Assembly: GCA_001661245.1 (NCBI GenBank)
Contig: KV454016.1
Span: 668,648-732,647, forward strand
Origin: Pachysolen tannophilus NRRL Y-2460
Lineage: Eukaryota
Length of the DNA: 64,000 bases
Reading direction: 5' to 3'
Shown here: positions 23,726 through 35,680 of the stretch, one piece after another
How the letters are laid out: every line of letters begins with the position of its first letter
How positions within the stretch are numbered: the first letter of the stretch is position 1
Notes under the pieces: generated by a model
The model's database searches: none
What the model saw: only the letters and a program-made list of their open reading frames with translations
Told to the model about the DNA's origin: nothing
Translations under genes and position numbers: made by a program

Positions 23726-25005
23726 TCATATCAACTCTTGAATATTCTTGGGTGGATACTGTGGATAATAATTTAATATTTTTTCAACAATGGTATTATC
23801 GAAACTACCCCATTCTTCAATAGAAAAGATATCAGTTACGACTTTATTCCATTCCATTCTCTTCTTGATGGTGACATTATCATCACCTTTTAATTTATCA
23901 TCTCTGAGTGATTGTCTTAATGATCCCAAATTTTCCACAGCTTTTTCTACATTTAAATTATCAAATGTAGGTTTCAATTTTTCATCTTTTAATTTTCTAG
24001 TAAACCTTGGACTCTTACCATTTGAGCTTATCATTATTTGTAAAGATCCTTTCCTATACATTGCTCCGAAATAAAAATCACAAATTGAAGGTCTATCAGC
24101 AATATTCACTTGTAAATTTAAAATTTTACAATTATAAAAAATTATTCTTGATAATTCATGATCTGGTATTGCCGTTAACACTAATGCAAATTTCTTATTA
24201 TAAATCACATCTTCCAATTTCTTAAAATCACATTCAGATGGAGTATCGGTCAATTGTAACTCAACTTGATCTTGATTTTCATGTTGTTGTAGCCTCTCAT
24301 ACATTGTCAAATCACTCAATTCATATTTCCTCTTGATAACCAGGTGTAATAGTCCCAATGCATTGAACTCCTCAATTTCCTCAGAAACTTCAGGGGACAC
24401 AATAGTAATCTTGGCATTTGCCTGTAATAATAATTTCACCCTTGAAGTAGCAACTTCCCCTCCACCAATAAGTAAAACATGACGGTCTTAAATAACAATA
24501 AGTTAGTCAACAATCATTAAAAAGTAAAAAAAAAAAAATAAAAAAATTTTTTTTAAAAANNNNNNNNNNNNNNNNNNNNNNNNNNNNNNNNNNNNNNNNN
24601 NNNNNNNNNNNNNNNNNNNNNNNNNNNNNNNNNNNNNNNNNNNNNNNNNNNNNNNNNNNNNNNNNNNNNNNNNNNNNNNNNNNNNNNNNNNNNNNNNNNN
24701 NNNNNNNNNNNNNNNNNNNNNNNNNNNNNNNNNNNNNNNNNNNNNNNNNNNNNNNNNNNNNNNNNNNNNNNNNNNNNNNNNNNNNNNNNNNNNNNNNNNN
24801 NNNNNNNNNNNNNNNNNNNNNNNNNNNNNNNNNNNNNNNNNNNNNNNNNNNNNNNNNNNNNNNNNNNNNNNNNAAAGTAAAAAAATAAAAAAAAAATTTT
24901 TTTTTTAAAAAACATAAAAACATACTATTACATACTTTTAACTTGCCATGCTAGCATCAAAGATCCATTAGGCTCTGGAATCTCAATCTCCTTCTTCAGT
25001 TCCAT
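23726..25005 (-). CDS. MET8: Siroheme synthase (precorrin-2 dehydrogenase/ferrochelatase); exons 25005-24936 and 24486-23726
   Basis: Spliced N-terminus GSLMLAWQVK-N-RHVLLIGGGEVA; VNIADRP..CDFYFGA and SSNGKSPR; intron GTATGT...GACTAAC...AAG spans the gap. Confidence 0.9.
24560..24873. other. Assembly gap inside the MET8 intron
   Basis: N bases. Confidence 1.
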
Positions 25006-25230
25006 AATCGTTATCCTATAAAGTTCAAATTATAAGTTTGTTTTATCAACTAAGTTTAGTTAGTTCAATTGGCACAAAGTTTTTTATGAAAAGTCGTGTT
25101 AAAAATCAGATCAAATCATACATATTTTTAATTGATAAGAGATGATGATAATAATCACATAGTTAAAGACTAAATGATTAATTAATTAATTAATTAATTA
25201 ATTGTATATTTTTTATTATTACGGTTAGGA

Positions 25231-26220
25231 ATGAACTCGGAGATTAGTTTGATTACATCAATAGTTGATAGTTGGTTGAAGCTGGATATATTTAAAGAAA
25301 ATAGTGATGGAGTTGAAATTGAGAAATTGTTGGAATCGGTTACTTGTAATCAATTTATTTATAATGATGAGATCATATTAAGCGTGACCAAAATTTCCAA
25401 ACCACACACAAATATTTATATCATCAATTTGATTTTGGGGAAACAAATTAAAGCTGTTGTGCTAGATGCATCTGAGTATATTGTCAACTTGAATTATATA
25501 CAGTATCCTGTGGAGAATTTAAATGTAATTAAAGAAGATGAATTATTAAATATAAAAAAATTTTTAGCATCCAAATTTCTTGAATATTCAAAGGAGAAAG
25601 ATGTAAGGGATGATTTTAAATCTTTGGAGGACAAGAAAAATTTGCCATCAAGTTTCGAATCACCGAAATTATTTACCATTGATCCGGCTTTTGCAGCACC
25701 GAAATCGAATTTGAAATTAGAATCGAAATCTGTACCTGAATCTTTACAACCACCAAAATTTGATGATGAATACGAAATACAAACCAATCTGCCTCCTGCA
25801 GCAAGTATAAGACCCACGAACCCGTTGTCAATTGGTGATAGGGACTTGAACCCACCTGGGTTACCAAAACATCCAGAAATGAAACCATACTTGGATCCTT
25901 TGGCATCTTGCTCAGGTGCATCTGGTATTGGTTCAGAAGGAGGTATGTACCCGACTGCAAACCATCCTATCTTTGGTGGTAGGCCCAACGGAGGAGGTAA
26001 TAATTACGGTAGAAGAGATCCACTTCACCCTCCTGGAGCCAGATTTGATGATCCTTTAATGAATGAGGACACCGATATGGAACTAGTTGGTCAAGGTCTA
26101 CCTGGAAACCTTGGAATAGGAAACCACGGCAGAAGAGGAGGAGCAGGTACCAATCCCTTTGGCAGAAATGCTGGTGGGAATGCTGGTGGGTTTGGCGGTT
26201 TCGATGGAGGTTTTATTTAA
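25231..26220 (+). CDS. FUB1: PI31-like proteasome regulator
   Basis: PKFDDEYE, IGDRDLNPPG, GGMYPT..HPIF, PPGARFDDP motifs and Gly-rich C-terminus. Confidence 0.8.
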   Translation: MNSEISLITSIVDSWLKLDIFKENSDGVEIEKLLESVTCNQFIYNDEIILSVTKISKPHTNIYIINLILGKQIKAVVLDASEYIVNLNYIQYPVENLNVIKEDELLNIKKFLASKFLEYSKEKDVRDDFKSLEDKKNLPSSFESPKLFTIDPAFAAPKSNLKLESKSVPESLQPPKFDDEYEIQTNLPPAASIRPTNPLSIGDRDLNPPGLPKHPEMKPYLDPLASCSGASGIGSEGGMYPTANHPIFGGRPNGGGNNYGRRDPLHPPGARFDDPLMNEDTDMELVGQGLPGNLGIGNHGRRGGAGTNPFGRNAGGNAGGFGGFDGGFI

Positions 26221-26764
26221 AATAACTAGGGACTAGGGTCATATGTGTATCTTTTTTTTTCTTTTTCTTTTTGCATTGATTTTCGATTTTCCATTGTACA
26301 TATATAATCAACATGGTTCCCTTGAAATATCTTGAATTACAACAAGCCGAGACAAGTGAAGACAAGCCATGACCGATGGTTATCATCATCAACCACACCA
26401 ATGTTGGCCCATAATGTATGTATACGTCTGCCAAAAAAATAGATCTTTGCTTGTTTGGTTTTGTTTGTGTTACGTGTCACTAATTTATCGAACAAAAAAG
26501 CAAGTGGCGATTTGATCTTTCTTTGTATTTAATTACCAATACTAATACTAAATTCACTTTAACAAGTAAGAAATAAAACAAGGTCATTTACAATTATTGG
26601 TAGTTAATTTGTATAATTTTATTCTTGAGGTGTTAAGAAGAAATATATATATATAGATTAATAATAAAACTATAAATAAAAAGTAAAAAAAAAAGAAAAA
26701 ATAATAAGAAAAAAAAAAAAATTAAAATAAAATAAATTAAATTAAAATTGAAGAAAATTAAGTA

Positions 26765-29662
26765 ATGGCTTTGACATCGGCAGCTCCTTTTTTAGCGTTA
26801 TTGGGAGAACCTGATGATAGCTTAAAATCATTTGCTTTAAAATCGTTAAATGATGTTGTGGATGAATTATGGGCAGAAATTGCAAATAGCATTACAGAAA
26901 TAGAGGAATTGTATGAGGATGATTCTTTTACAGATAGGCAACTTGCAGCATTAGTTGCATCAAAAGTTTATTATAATTTAGGAGATTATGATTCTTCAGT
27001 AAAATATTCATTATGTTCAGGTGATAAGTTTAATATTGATGATAAGAATGAATTTGTTGAGACAATTGTTTCTAAATGTATCAATCGTTATATTGAATTA
27101 TCACAACAAAAATTTAGTAATAATGAGGTAGTAATAGATGCTCAATTATCTTTAATTTTTGAAAAAATGTTGGAGAAATGTGTTTATGCCAATGAGTTGA
27201 AATTAGCTTTAGGTATTTCATTAGAAAGCTATAGAATTGATATAGTTGAAAAAATCATTAAGGAACATTTGGATAATGAAGAATTGGCAATCAATTTGAT
27301 AAATTATGTATTAACTTGTTCTACAACTGTGATAAGTCATACTCAATTTAGAACAAGTGTATTAAATTCTTTGGTTTTAATACTACTTTCATTAAATTCA
27401 CCAGATTATTTCATTATTTCTAAAATTATAGTCCAATTGAATGATTATAAATTAGCTCATAGAATTTTCACAAAATTATTGAAAAATGATTTGGTATTAA
27501 TTACATTTCAAGTTGCATTCGATTTAGTGAATTCTGCTTCACAAGAATTATTAGATAAAACAATTGAAATTTTATCAAAAGATGAATCTTTTAAACTGAA
27601 TGAAAAAAATTTATCCAAATTAACTAAAATTTTATCTGGTGTACCTACTTGCGATTTGGATATTACATTTTTATACAAAAATAATAATACCGATATCACT
27701 ATTTTAAATAAATCAAAGAATGCATTGGATGGAAGAAATTCAATCTTTCACTCAGCTATTACTTTTGAAAATGCTTTTATGCATGCTGGTACCACAGATG
27801 ATTCCTTTTTCAGATCTAACTTGGAATGGTTAGGAAAGGCTACAAATTGGTCAAAATTTTCTGCAACAGCAGCACTCGGTGTTATTCATAAAGGTAATTT
27901 ATCTGAAGGTCGTACCTTGTTACAACCATATTTACCAGGTAGCAATTCTGGTTCCGCTTTCACAAGAGGTGGTTCATTGTATGCTCTTGGGCTTATATAT
28001 GCTGGACATGGCAGAGAAGTTATAGATTATTTAAGGCATCACGTTGTTGAGAATTCTGGTGGTGCGGGTACCAATGACTCTTCTGAAAATCAAGAACTCG
28101 ATGTAATTTTACATGGAGCTTGTCTTGGTGTTGGTGTTGCTGGTATGGGTTTAGGCTCACAAGAAATATACGAGGAATTAAAAACTGTTTTATATGCTGA
28201 TTCGGCTATTTCTGGTGAAGCTGCAGCATTAGCCATGGGTTTAGTTATGTTAAGATCTGGTGATGAAACTTGTATTAATGATATGTTGACATATTCTTTG
28301 GAGACTCAACATGAAAATATTCAACGTGGTTTGGCAATTGGTATAGCTTTATTGAACTATGGTAGAGAGGAACAAGCTGAACCGATTATTGAGAAAATGA
28401 TTGGTCATCAAAATTCCATATTACGTTACGGTGCATGTTATGCGTTAGCTTTGGCATACTGTGGTACAGGCAATAATTCTGCTATACAAAGATTATTGCA
28501 TATTGCTGTTTCTGATTCATCTGATAACGTCAGAAGAGCATCAGTTATGGCTTTGGGTTTCATATTATTACGTGATTTTACTACAGTTCCAACAATCGTC
28601 GAGTTGTTGTCTGAATCTCATAATCCACATGTTCGTTACGGTACTGCTATGGCTTTGGGTATATCATGTGCTGGACGTGGTTTACCTGCTGCAGTTGAAG
28701 TTTTGGAGCCATTGACCAAAGATCCTGTTGATTTTGTCAGACAAGGGGCATTAATTGCGATGTCCATGATTTTAATTCAACAAAACGAGAAAACTTTCCC
28801 TAAAGTTGATGAGATCAAGAAAAATCTTGCTCTGGTTATTTCCAATAAGAATCAAGATGCTTTGGCTAAATTTGGAGCTGCTTTATCTCAAGGTATTATT
28901 GACGCAGGTGGCAGAAATGTTACTATTCAATTGGAAAATTTACAAACAGGAACATTAAATATGACAGCAATTGTTGGGTTAACAATGTTTTCTCAATTCT
29001 GGTACTGGTTCCCATTGACGCATTTTTTGGCGTTATCCTTTTCCCCAACGTCAATAATTGGTATTAGAGAGGATTTGAAAATTCCAAAATTCAAAATAAA
29101 TTGTCATACAAAACCAGATTTATATGGTTATCCTCCAAAAGTAGAAGAAGCAAAAGAAAAATCACCGGATAAAGTCGCTACAGCAGTTTTATCTACTACT
29201 GCTAGGGCTAAGGCTAGAGCAAAGAAGGCTCAAAAAGCTAAACAAGAAGAAAAAGATAACATGGATATTGATGAAAGAACACCGGAACCACAACTTCAAC
29301 AATCTGGAGGAGAAGTTAAAACAGGAGAATCAAAGGAAAAAACGCCAGAAGATTTACCAAATGCTGTCGAAGAACCAAAAGGTGAGCCTTCTTTTCAAAC
29401 AAATTATACAAAGAAGCCATACCAGATAGATAATATGACAAGAGTAATGCCAGATCAATTGAAGTATATTTCTTTTATCAAAGGCGAGAGATATGTCCCT
29501 GTTAGAAAGTTTAGGGGTGGTAGTGGAATCGTGGTGTTGAAGGATGAGAAACCAGGAGAGCCTGATGAATTTATTAAGACTGTGAGACAGATGTTTTTCA
29601 ATGAAGCTCCAGTTCCAGAGCCGTTCACTTTAGAAGATAGTGAAACCGAAGAAGAGCAATAA
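26765..29662 (+). CDS. RPN2: 26S proteasome regulatory subunit Rpn2
   Basis: NWSKFSATAALGVIHKG, PC repeats, FWYWFPL. Confidence 0.98.
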   Translation: MALTSAAPFLALLGEPDDSLKSFALKSLNDVVDELWAEIANSITEIEELYEDDSFTDRQLAALVASKVYYNLGDYDSSVKYSLCSGDKFNIDDKNEFVETIVSKCINRYIELSQQKFSNNEVVIDAQLSLIFEKMLEKCVYANELKLALGISLESYRIDIVEKIIKEHLDNEELAINLINYVLTCSTTVISHTQFRTSVLNSLVLILLSLNSPDYFIISKIIVQLNDYKLAHRIFTKLLKNDLVLITFQVAFDLVNSASQELLDKTIEILSKDESFKLNEKNLSKLTKILSGVPTCDLDITFLYKNNNTDITILNKSKNALDGRNSIFHSAITFENAFMHAGTTDDSFFRSNLEWLGKATNWSKFSATAALGVIHKGNLSEGRTLLQPYLPGSNSGSAFTRGGSLYALGLIYAGHGREVIDYLRHHVVENSGGAGTNDSSENQELDVILHGACLGVGVAGMGLGSQEIYEELKTVLYADSAISGEAAALAMGLVMLRSGDETCINDMLTYSLETQHENIQRGLAIGIALLNYGREEQAEPIIEKMIGHQNSILRYGACYALALAYCGTGNNSAIQRLLHIAVSDSSDNVRRASVMALGFILLRDFTTVPTIVELLSESHNPHVRYGTAMALGISCAGRGLPAAVEVLEPLTKDPVDFVRQGALIAMSMILIQQNEKTFPKVDEIKKNLALVISNKNQDALAKFGAALSQGIIDAGGRNVTIQLENLQTGTLNMTAIVGLTMFSQFWYWFPLTHFLALSFSPTSIIGIREDLKIPKFKINCHTKPDLYGYPPKVEEAKEKSPDKVATAVLSTTARAKARAKKAQKAKQEEKDNMDIDERTPEPQLQQSGGEVKTGESKEKTPEDLPNAVEEPKGEPSFQTNYTKKPYQIDNMTRVMPDQLKYISFIKGERYVPVRKFRGGSGIVVLKDEKPGEPDEFIKTVRQMFFNEAPVPEPFTLEDSETEEEQ

Positions 29663-29969
29663 GCTGCAGTTAAAATCAAAAAAGTTGCGTTTCTGTTTGA
29701 AATTTTTTGTTTCAATTTAATTCTATTTTGAATTTTTTTTTTGTTTTTACATTTCTTCTGTTTTTTCTTGTTTCTCATTAATTTTAGTTTTTTCTTTTTT
29801 TTGTTTTTAAGTTATTAAAATTTAGTAATTTTTGTTTTACGGTAATTCTGTATTACGGAAAACAAAATTGAAAAATGAATAAATAAATCGAATATCATAT
29901 AGATAACATAGATTACCATTAAATGATGGAATATTTATTACTATACACAAAAGGAATTCAAATTATAAG

Positions 29970-31553
29970 TTATGTAAATCTCGCCAAAGCAGGGCCGAGT
30001 ACATCTTTTTTCTCAGGTATACCATGTTCTTTGTCGTAATTACTCTTTCTCATTTCTTTTTCCTTTCTCAAGTTGGCTTCAATGCGTAATTTACGTTGAT
30101 CAACAATATTCTGAGTCTTTTTACGAAGATGACGACGTAATGCGGAATTTTTACCTTTAACCTGTGGTCTGATTTTCAATTTCAAATCATCTTCCTTTTC
30201 AGTTTGAGATTTTTCACCGTTATGAGTAATTGTTGATAATTCTTTTGCTGTTAACCTTACTTGAGGTTTCCTCTTATCCACAGTACCTATAACGTTTGGA
30301 TCTAAAGATATCATATCTGGTGATAATTTATTCAATAATGATCTTACCTCGGATTGTTGTCTTTGTTTAGCCGTTTCAAATGGGTTTACTTCCAATGCAT
30401 CAAAGTTTGCTTCACCCGCACCAGGGATGATTAAAGACTGTACACCATTAGAATGCCCACAACCCAAAAAATCTTCAAATGGAACAAATCTAGTAGTTTG
30501 AATTCTAGAACCAGCTATAAGATGGTTCATGTATGGTGCACTTTGTCTTGAATTTTTAAATAAATCCTTCCATATAGTAACATGAGGACCCCAACCAACT
30601 GAGACTAACCCAGTATCTGATATATCAAGTGAAGAAGCAGGTGTTGGTGTATAATAAGATTCCAATTCTTTAAAATTTCTTATATCCCATATTTTTAAAG
30701 TCTTATCTGCACCAGCAACAACCATATACCTTCCATCTCGATTTACCGCTAATGATCTAATGGGTCCTCTAGAAGCTTGAATCTTAACTAATGGAGTTGG
30801 CATACTTGGTGACCAAAGAGTCACAGTACCATTACCATGACCTAGATGCATAACACCATTCCAAGGATTTTGTCTCATTGATAAAGTAGGACCTAATTTT
30901 GTTCTCAATTCACTAACCAAGACACCAGTTGATACATCATGGTATTTCAAAAACCCTGTATTACCCGATGTAGCCAATAAGAAATGATAAGGTAAAAATT
31001 CTAAATTTGTTGCTTCAATATGTTGCTTTAATCTATGCAATTCTACACCTGTCTTATCATAAATAAAAGTATACTTTTTCTGTGCCACAGCAAAATATTG
31101 ATCATTATGCAAATATTTCACAGCATTAACCGTTTCATTTAAATGTAGTTCACAATCTAAATTTCCAGATCTCCAATCTATAGAGGCAATATGACCCTTT
31201 TTCCCGCCTATAAGTAAATCTCTACCATTTCTTGAATAATCTAAAGTGTAGGGCCCAAATTGATCCAATTTTAATTCAAAATTTTTATTCGCCGTACTTA
31301 CATCAACACTATCCCTAATTTCTGATTGCCTAAATTTAAAAGTCTTTTCCATTCCTTCAGCCTCCAAAAACCCAGCATCTTCTTGTAAAAGTATATCAGT
31401 ATTTTCTGCTGACTTGACAGCATCCCTATATTGACTATCTAATTTCTTCAAATTCGCATTTAACTTCTTATCCTTCGTATACTTGGATTTTTTATTTTTC
31501 TTCAACTCCGGAGCCTGACGCTCATATTTAGATTGAGAAAAACCAACGTCCAT
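29970..31553 (-). CDS. UTP7: SSU processome WD40 protein Utp7 (BING4)
   Basis: DAGFLEAEGMEKT, FLPYHFLLA, PGAGEANFDALEVNPFET; first ATG at 31553. Confidence 0.96.
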   Translation of the reverse strand: MDVGFSQSKYERQAPELKKNKKSKYTKDKKLNANLKKLDSQYRDAVKSAENTDILLQEDAGFLEAEGMEKTFKFRQSEIRDSVDVSTANKNFELKLDQFGPYTLDYSRNGRDLLIGGKKGHIASIDWRSGNLDCELHLNETVNAVKYLHNDQYFAVAQKKYTFIYDKTGVELHRLKQHIEATNLEFLPYHFLLATSGNTGFLKYHDVSTGVLVSELRTKLGPTLSMRQNPWNGVMHLGHGNGTVTLWSPSMPTPLVKIQASRGPIRSLAVNRDGRYMVVAGADKTLKIWDIRNFKELESYYTPTPASSLDISDTGLVSVGWGPHVTIWKDLFKNSRQSAPYMNHLIAGSRIQTTRFVPFEDFLGCGHSNGVQSLIIPGAGEANFDALEVNPFETAKQRQQSEVRSLLNKLSPDMISLDPNVIGTVDKRKPQVRLTAKELSTITHNGEKSQTEKEDDLKLKIRPQVKGKNSALRRHLRKKTQNIVDQRKLRIEANLRKEKEMRKSNYDKEHGIPEKKDVLGPALARFT

Positions 31554-31650
31554 ATTGTCCAATACCTGTCTATCCAATATCTATAAAATATAAAACTAAA
31601 TATTTAATACCGATATTTTCTATTATGTACCATAGAAGGACTTTTTACTG

Positions 31651-31711
31651 AAATTTTTCACCTTTAAAAAAAAAAAATTTTTTTTTTCTCTTTTTGTCTT
31701 TTAATCTCATC
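31651..31711. promoter_or_regulatory. RRPE and PAC-core ribosome biogenesis elements upstream of UTP7
   Basis: AAATTTTTCA at 31651-31660 (reverse complement of TGAAAAATTT) and ATCTCATC at 31704-31711 (reverse complement of GATGAGAT). Confidence 0.7.
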
Positions 31712-31969
31712 AAAATAACCCAAAACGGTTATTTTGTGTATATGCACACTCCCAAAGTTTATTTATTCGATTTATGCAGGTATTAATGATTGTTACACAA
31801 AACCATTGTTCAAATGGAGCATTTGACCAATCCTTTTTGGTGGGTTGTGAAGAGGATGAGAATCTGTATATATGGTACTGGTGCTGGTGTTGGTATTGTT
31901 TTAATTTTAAGAGTTAGTGGACTGACAATTTTTGTTGTTTGTTCGTTTAGTGGTTAGATCTGATTGAAG

Positions 31970-33290
31970 ATGTCATATCCTAGGCTTTGGTCAAGTTGGT
32001 TGAATCGATCATTATCTGCATCTGAAGGTGTTAATGATGAAAACAACGATAAAGATGGCACAGTAGAGTTGGGTATTAAGCCTTTTACTTCTGTGGGTTT
32101 GTCCTTTGATCGTAAGAATGATAATGATAATGGGACTATTTCAGGTTATAGGACAAGTACAGCTGCATCTTCAACTACGAATACTTCACCAAAGAGAAAT
32201 TCAATTTTTAAAAGAAGGTCCTTGTCTGCTTTAAAAGATTCTTCAGTAAATATTGAAAATAATAATTTAACTCCAACAACTTCTGAGTCACTGTTTAAAA
32301 AAAAATTTAAAAAAATTTTGGACTTAAGAAAAATAATGGTAACGAATTGGATGAAGATTATAAAGATTTTGAAAGAAAAATTAATGAAGATATTGAATAT
32401 TTGAAAAGTTTACAAGCTTATAGTGATAGAGATCAATTTGAAAGAAAATTGAATGAATATTTGAAAGCAGAACCTCCTGCTTCTACTTTAAACACTGAGG
32501 TTCCACTAATTGAAAAAAAAGAACATGATGAGATAACAACTCCTAATAATAAAGAGAATGAAATTAAAACTGAAGGGTTGGGAGAAATTCCAAATTTAAA
32601 TCACACTCCTGGTAGTCCAGAATCTCCTGAGAATTCTCCTGAAAATCCTAATTCCAATCTTAATTCCATTTCCATATCAAGACCTGTTTCTCCTTTAAGA
32701 ATTAGAGACAAGTTATCACAAGTTTTTGGTAAAGGGAAAAGGGGCACCTTTGAACAAGGAAAACTTGAAATAGGACAGACCAACAGTAAAGATATTGTAG
32801 TTGAATCTGAAATGAATAAAAAAAAAAAAAAAGAAAAAGAAGAAGAAGAAGAAGAGGATCATAGTTTTTTGAAATTGGGAACCACAATAAAGACAAACTA
32901 TAATAACGAAGATAGTAGAGGAGAAGAAGAAGAAGAATATGATTTTGAAGACGAAGAAGACGAAGAAGACGAAGAAGAAGAAAGTGTTATTAGTGAGAGG
33001 GACGAGCCGATTTCTAGAAGTTCTTCTCAGATTGTTAGGAAAAAATCAAGTTTAAAATTTACAAGTGCATTAACATATGATGAATTAGAAAGAGAAATAT
33101 TTGAACAAAACCCAATGATCAAATGCTTTGATTTATTCCCAGAAAATAGGATTAAAAACTCAAAGGGAATAATTGATTCAAACATTTCAACAACTTATAG
33201 ATTACCATTCACCTGGATTGTTTGGCTTCAACGGTAAGTTAATACCAATCAACCTATTTTTTTATTTTTTTATAAATTAATTCTAACAAT

Positions 33291-33336
<46 letters not shown>

Positions 33337-34034
33337 TTACAGACAATCTTATTCAAATTTTAGTTTTGACCCTGCTTATAACATTTCCGATTATGTTAAC
33401 CCTTACTCAAACGAAGGAAGGGTTTATATTGACAAAGCCATTGAAACTATCGGAGAAGTGAATGATGTGGTTGATGATTTTAAAGAATCAATTATAGAAG
33501 ATGCGAATTTCCACATCTACTTGTTTAGATTTGGCCTTAAACCAAAGAAATCATCTATAGAAATGAGCAAAGCAGGTTCTTTAGAAATAAAAATTCCAAT
33601 CATTGGCGAAAGCCGATTCGATATGTGGACATTCATAGTCAATATAGTCCTATCAGATGTACTATACAGGCCAATCGATATCCAAGAACCAGTCTTGGGA
33701 ATAGCTTGGAAAAATGAAAAAAATAATAATTCTTATTCAATTTTAACTTTTTACTTTGCTAGAAATCATCTAGATAAAAGTGATAAAGAATTGATTCAAT
33801 TAAGTAAATTCATTCATTTTGTAAGAAATTGTTTACCTTTTGAATTAAAAGAAATTATCCAAGAACCAAACATGCTTTACTGTGTAAGTATTATATTATA
33901 ATTACTACCCCAAAATTTCACCTTAAATTAGTCATTCAAAAAAAAAAAATACTAACTAACAAACTAAACTAAACCATATATGTTTTTAGAATAACGAGAC
34001 TCGTGAGTTGATGCAGGTCAAATTTGTCGAGTAA
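31970..34034 (+). CDS. Divergent eIF4E-fold protein with a long low-complexity N-terminus; exons 31970-33233 (apparent frameshift near 32309-32315), 33343-33883 and 33990-34034
   Basis: Introns 33234-33342 (GTAAGT/TTCTAAC/CAG) and 33884-33989 (GTAAGT/TACTAAC/TAG) join the ORF fragments in frame; C-terminal motif order resembles eIF4E. Confidence 0.65.
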
Positions 34035-34186
34035 AAAAAATTTTTTAAGTTTTTCCGAAATGAATAATACCACTCTTTAATTTTTCCATAAATTTTTTTT
34101 TATTTTCCAGCAATATATATAAATTCAAGTTATAGATAGATTGATATATTTCTTTTGTTTTGTTGATATAGAAGTAGATCCCTAAG

Positions 34187-35575
34187 ATGTCGAGGGTTTT
34201 AGTTTCTCAGTCGAGTCCTTTGTTTTTGAGAAGAGCTGTATTACAAAAGCCTTTTCTTTCTGTTAAAAATTTGTCATTTACTAGTGGTAAGAGGGGTACG
34301 CCGCAGCATCGGATACCAATTCTTAAGTCGAATTTCTTTGGTACTACTGCATTGACGGTTGTTGGATTATGTGTTTTAGCCTATTCTTTAGATGCTAGGT
34401 CTGCTATAAATGAGTATGTTTATTGTCCACTCATTAGACGTGTTACGGATGCAGAGCAAGGTCATAAGTTGGGGGTCTTTTTGATGAAGTACGGGTTATC
34501 CCCAAGATTATTCAACGATAAAGATGATAAAGTATTGGAAGTTTCTGTTTTCGATAAGAAATTAGCTAATCCTATTGGGATGGCAGCTGGTTTTGATAAG
34601 CATGGTGAATGTATTGATGCTCTTTTTGATCTTGGATTTAGTTATGTTGAAATTGGATCGATAACTCCTGAACCTCAACCAGGAAATCCTGAACCAAGAT
34701 TTTTCAGATTACCAAAAGATGAGGCTGTAATTAATCGTTATGGATTTAATTCTGTAGGTCATTGGGATGTCTTGGGAAGATTAAAATTAAGAGCTGAAAA
34801 ATATTTACGCGCAGAAGCTGTTGCTGCTTCTTCTTTAGATCAAAGTTTAAAAGATAATCATGTGACTACCAATGCTTTTAGAAATAATAAATTATTAGCT
34901 ATTAATTTAGGTAAAAATAAAAATGGAGATGAAATTGAAGATTATGTTAAAGGTGTTGAAAGATTTGGACCTTTTGCAGATGTTTTAGTTATAAATGTTT
35001 CTTCACCAAATACTCCAGGTTTAAGAAATTTACAATCTAGTGATAAATTAACAAATTTATTAAAAATAGTTGTTAATCAAAGAGATTTATTAAATGGGAA
35101 TCTTTTACATAGTAAACCACCAATTTTAGTTAAGATTGCTCCTGATTTAACTGAAATTGAAATTAAATCAATTGCAGAATCTGCTAAAGAAGCTAAAATT
35201 GATGGTATTATAATGTCAAATACAACAATTCAAAGAGATAATTTAAAACTTTTAACAACTGATAAAAATTTAATTAATGAACAAGGTGGATTATCTGGAG
35301 CTCCATTAAAGGAAATTTCTTTAAATGCTTTTAAAAAATTAAGAAAATATACTAAAGATTCCGATTTAGTCTTAATTGGTTGTGGAGGTATATCAAATGG
35401 TAAAGACGCTATTGAGTTTGCAAAAGCAGGTGCTACATTTGTTCAATTATATACTGCTTTTGCATATAAAGGACCTGGGTTAGCAGCAAAAATTAAAGAT
35501 GAAATAACCAGTGAATTGAAAAAGGAAAATAAGACATGGATGGAAATTATTGGTCTGGATGACAATGAAAAATGA
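34187..35575 (+). CDS. URA9: Mitochondrial class 2 dihydroorotate dehydrogenase
   Basis: Presequence plus TM segment, [37 protein letters not shown]. Confidence 0.97.
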   Translation: MSRVLVSQSSPLFLRRAVLQKPFLSVKNLSFTSGKRGTPQHRIPILKSNFFGTTALTVVGLCVLAYSLDARSAINEYVYCPLIRRVTDAEQGHKLGVFLMKYGLSPRLFNDKDDKVLEVSVFDKKLANPIGMAAGFDKHGECIDALFDLGFSYVEIGSITPEPQPGNPEPRFFRLPKDEAVINRYGFNSVGHWDVLGRLKLRAEKYLRAEAVAASSLDQSLKDNHVTTNAFRNNKLLAINLGKNKNGDEIEDYVKGVERFGPFADVLVINVSSPNTPGLRNLQSSDKLTNLLKIVVNQRDLLNGNLLHSKPPILVKIAPDLTEIEIKSIAESAKEAKIDGIIMSNTTIQRDNLKLLTTDKNLINEQGGLSGAPLKEISLNAFKKLRKYTKDSDLVLIGCGGISNGKDAIEFAKAGATFVQLYTAFAYKGPGLAAKIKDEITSELKKENKTWMEIIGLDDNEK

Positions 35576-35583
35576 GTCAAAAA

Positions 35584-35619
<36 letters not shown>

Positions 35620-35680
35620 AATTGGAAAATTAGAGAATTATATACTTGTGTAATTGAATGTATTTTTTTTATTCTTTCTT

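Noticed and set aside
25494..25988. Antisense ORFs over FUB1 and other genes
   Set aside because: Fully overlap recognised genes and have no motifs
34187..35575. URA9 as an unusual or horizontally acquired gene
   Set aside because: Class 2 DHODH is the ancestral eukaryotic form
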